64,000 nucleotides of DNA from Antedon mediterranea (lineage: Eukaryota; Animalia; Echinodermata). The stretch's first letter is position 1. The number at the start of each line of letters is the position of its first letter. The DNA lies in contig NC_092677.1 in assembly GCF_964355755.1 (NCBI RefSeq), forward strand, positions 10,562,101 to 10,626,100. The letters are read 5' to 3'. A model generated the notes under the pieces. The model was not told where the DNA came from. It searched no databases and was given only the letters and a program-made list of their open reading frames with translations. The translations under genes and the position numbers were made by a program. Below, in pieces: positions 61,748 to 64,000 of the stretch.

Positions 61748-64000
61748 AACTAGAATTTAATTCGTCACTTTGACGAATTATAGGTGATCATTTTTATCGC
61801 TTTACTTACATTAATTTTTTTTAAACATGCACGTACGTTAACATACAATAGGAAAATGTTGATGTATACCATCCTGTTATACGCTTATAGTGCTGAGTTG
61901 TGCCTATTATGTGTCATATACAATATGTACAGTATATACTGTATATCTATATACAGTGTAGCATAGGTGAAATTACGGGACCCACATCATGTTCAAATTT
62001 TTTGGTATGATGGAATTATCAAAATAAACTCGAAGATGACAATTTCGAAAGATAATGAATTGAGCAAATAAATATAAGGATTGGAAGATAATTTGACACG
62101 TAGAAGCGCAATGCGCGCTCTTTGAAATTTGTATAACTTTGACTAAAGAAATTTAAAAACAACATTTTAACTTCAACTGGCCATATGATAACATCACAAC
62201 ATCCGATAGGCTTAATTTTTATATGAATTCATATCTACATTTAATCAGCTTTCATAATAAATTATAATCTTCAAGGTCACCTTTAATTCTGAAGAGCTAT
62301 AACATATTCAAATGTATGGTGTAGCTGAAATTACACGACCTTGGTTATTAAAGTTTTTACACATGATGACGTCATCAAAATAAAAATGTTGACAACTCAT
62401 GAGAAAGATAATTAATTGAGCAAGCACATACTAAAATTTCGGCGAAAATCGGGCTCAAATAACGGAGATGCGCTCTATTGAATGTGATAACCCACACAAA
62501 AAGATAAAAATTACTAATTTTTAAATTGAAGTGGCCATTTGATGACGTCCTACCATTTTGTACGTCTAATGTGTACATGAATATGTATCTACAACCCAAT
62601 GGCTTCCCGAATAAGTTAAAAAAATTGGGGGTCACCTGCCATTCTGAAGAGTTATATTCATTTTAAGAAGGCCTTATTTTTCACCATTTTCAGCACTTTG
62701 ATGCAATTAATTTGCGCATTTTGTTATTTTTAACCTGCTCGTATAGCGTTATTTTAAGTCGGAACTGACTCAAATTTGGTGAATGTACTAAGGATGGTGA
62801 GTAGAACGCGATTTGTATAAAAAAATTGCAATTTTTACGCTTTGTAAGTATCGCGCGCGCAAAATATTTTTTTTGCGCAGTAATTTTTTGAAACACGCAA
62901 ATGGCCTAATTCATGCTCAAAATTGATCAAAACTTAATTTTGATCTTTTTAAATTTTTAATGCGCGATTCCACGTGCATGACCCTACGTGTGCGCGCGTT
63001 TTTACTTGCTAATATTTTTACCCTTGACCTGAAGTTTACGTGTAGTGAATTTCATAAATATGTGATAATGAATTATGGATATATGATTGATAATGTGATT
63101 TCACAAAATGGCGTATACGTGACGTCACGGATGAGTGATCACGTTGAAAAGCTTATTATGGCTAAGTTAAAGTATTTGAAAGACATAGTGAAATTTTTGT
63201 GATCATTGTTATTCAACTTTTTGAGATAATTGATGAACAAAAAGTGTACAGAAAGAATAATAACAACTAGACATGAAACTCGTCACTTTGACGAGTTAGT
63301 TATCCGCTCGACAAACGCCACGTGCACGTCATACGTTAGAATATTGCACACAGAAAAATATTAAGGCATTATGACCTGAACTGAAGAATATGATATGTTG
63401 TTATTTCTGAATTCTGTTATTTTGTGTCATATAGTATACACAGTACAATCTGTATACATATCACAAACAGTGTAAAATAGGTGAAATTACGGGACCCGTA
63501 TTTTATTGTAATTTTTAACATCTTGACGGTTTCAAAATGAAATGTAAAAGAAGAAATTTCTGAATGAAATTATCTCAGCAACAACGTATTAATGTGTAGT
63601 AGAAATTTGAATACGTGAAATATTGATGCGCGCTCTTTTAAATGTAATGAAATATAATGCAAAAGATGAAAATACGACTTTTTTTATTTAACTGGCCATA
63701 TGATGACGTCACAACATTCAATTGGCACAATTTACACATGATTTTGTATCTACAATACAATAGCTTCCTGAAAACGTTTTAATTGTGATTATCACATTTT
63801 ATTCTTACGAGGCATAACAGATTAAAATTTACTGTAAAGATGAAATTAATGACCAACGTAATTTAAATTTTTAGGCATAATGACGTTAAAAAAATTAAAA
63901 AAAATTTTAATTCATGCAAAAGATAGTTGATAGATCTAGAATATATTAAAATCGGAATGAAAATGGACAACGAATAAGTGGAGATGCGCTCTATTAAATG
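61748..64000. mobile_element. Two tandem, diverged ~1.5-kb Helentron-like non-autonomous elements (61748-63264 and 63265 to beyond the edge)
   Basis: Each begins aactaga followed by a hairpin (taattcgtcactttgacgaatta; aactcgtcactttgacgagtt). Shared blocks ataggtgaaattacgggaccc, aactggccatatgat and ggagatgcgctctatt recur about 1515 bp apart. Confidence 0.6.

Overview
AT-rich eukaryotic (invertebrate animal) genomic DNA; an echinoderm-like origin is an inference from the fibropellin-like gene and the repeat types. Two multi-exon genes are reconstructed, both on the minus strand. (1) A large secreted EGF/CUB protein (ATG at 26284, running off the left edge, at least 2082 aa in the window): signal peptide, 3 ordinary six-Cys EGF, CUB, one seven-Cys EGF, then at least 43 near-identical eight-Cys EGF modules, each on its own 123-bp phase 1-1 exon. 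(2) GPATCH1 (17 exons, 61132 to 51971, about 876 aa), head-to-head with the probable first exon of an unidentified plus-strand gene at 61301. The ~25 kb between them holds an ~8.4-kb 37-bp satellite with higher-order structure, 71-bp, 59-bp and 18/19-bp tandem arrays, MITEs, SINEs and Helentron-like elements. The EGF array is the most interesting part. Its cysteine pattern predicts a chain of inter-domain disulfides (a Ca-independent rigid rod), and its introns form a shuffled mosaic of about 8 types between homogenised exons, with chimeric, deleted and decayed exons recording repeat turnover. All coordinates were read by eye; no database searches were run.
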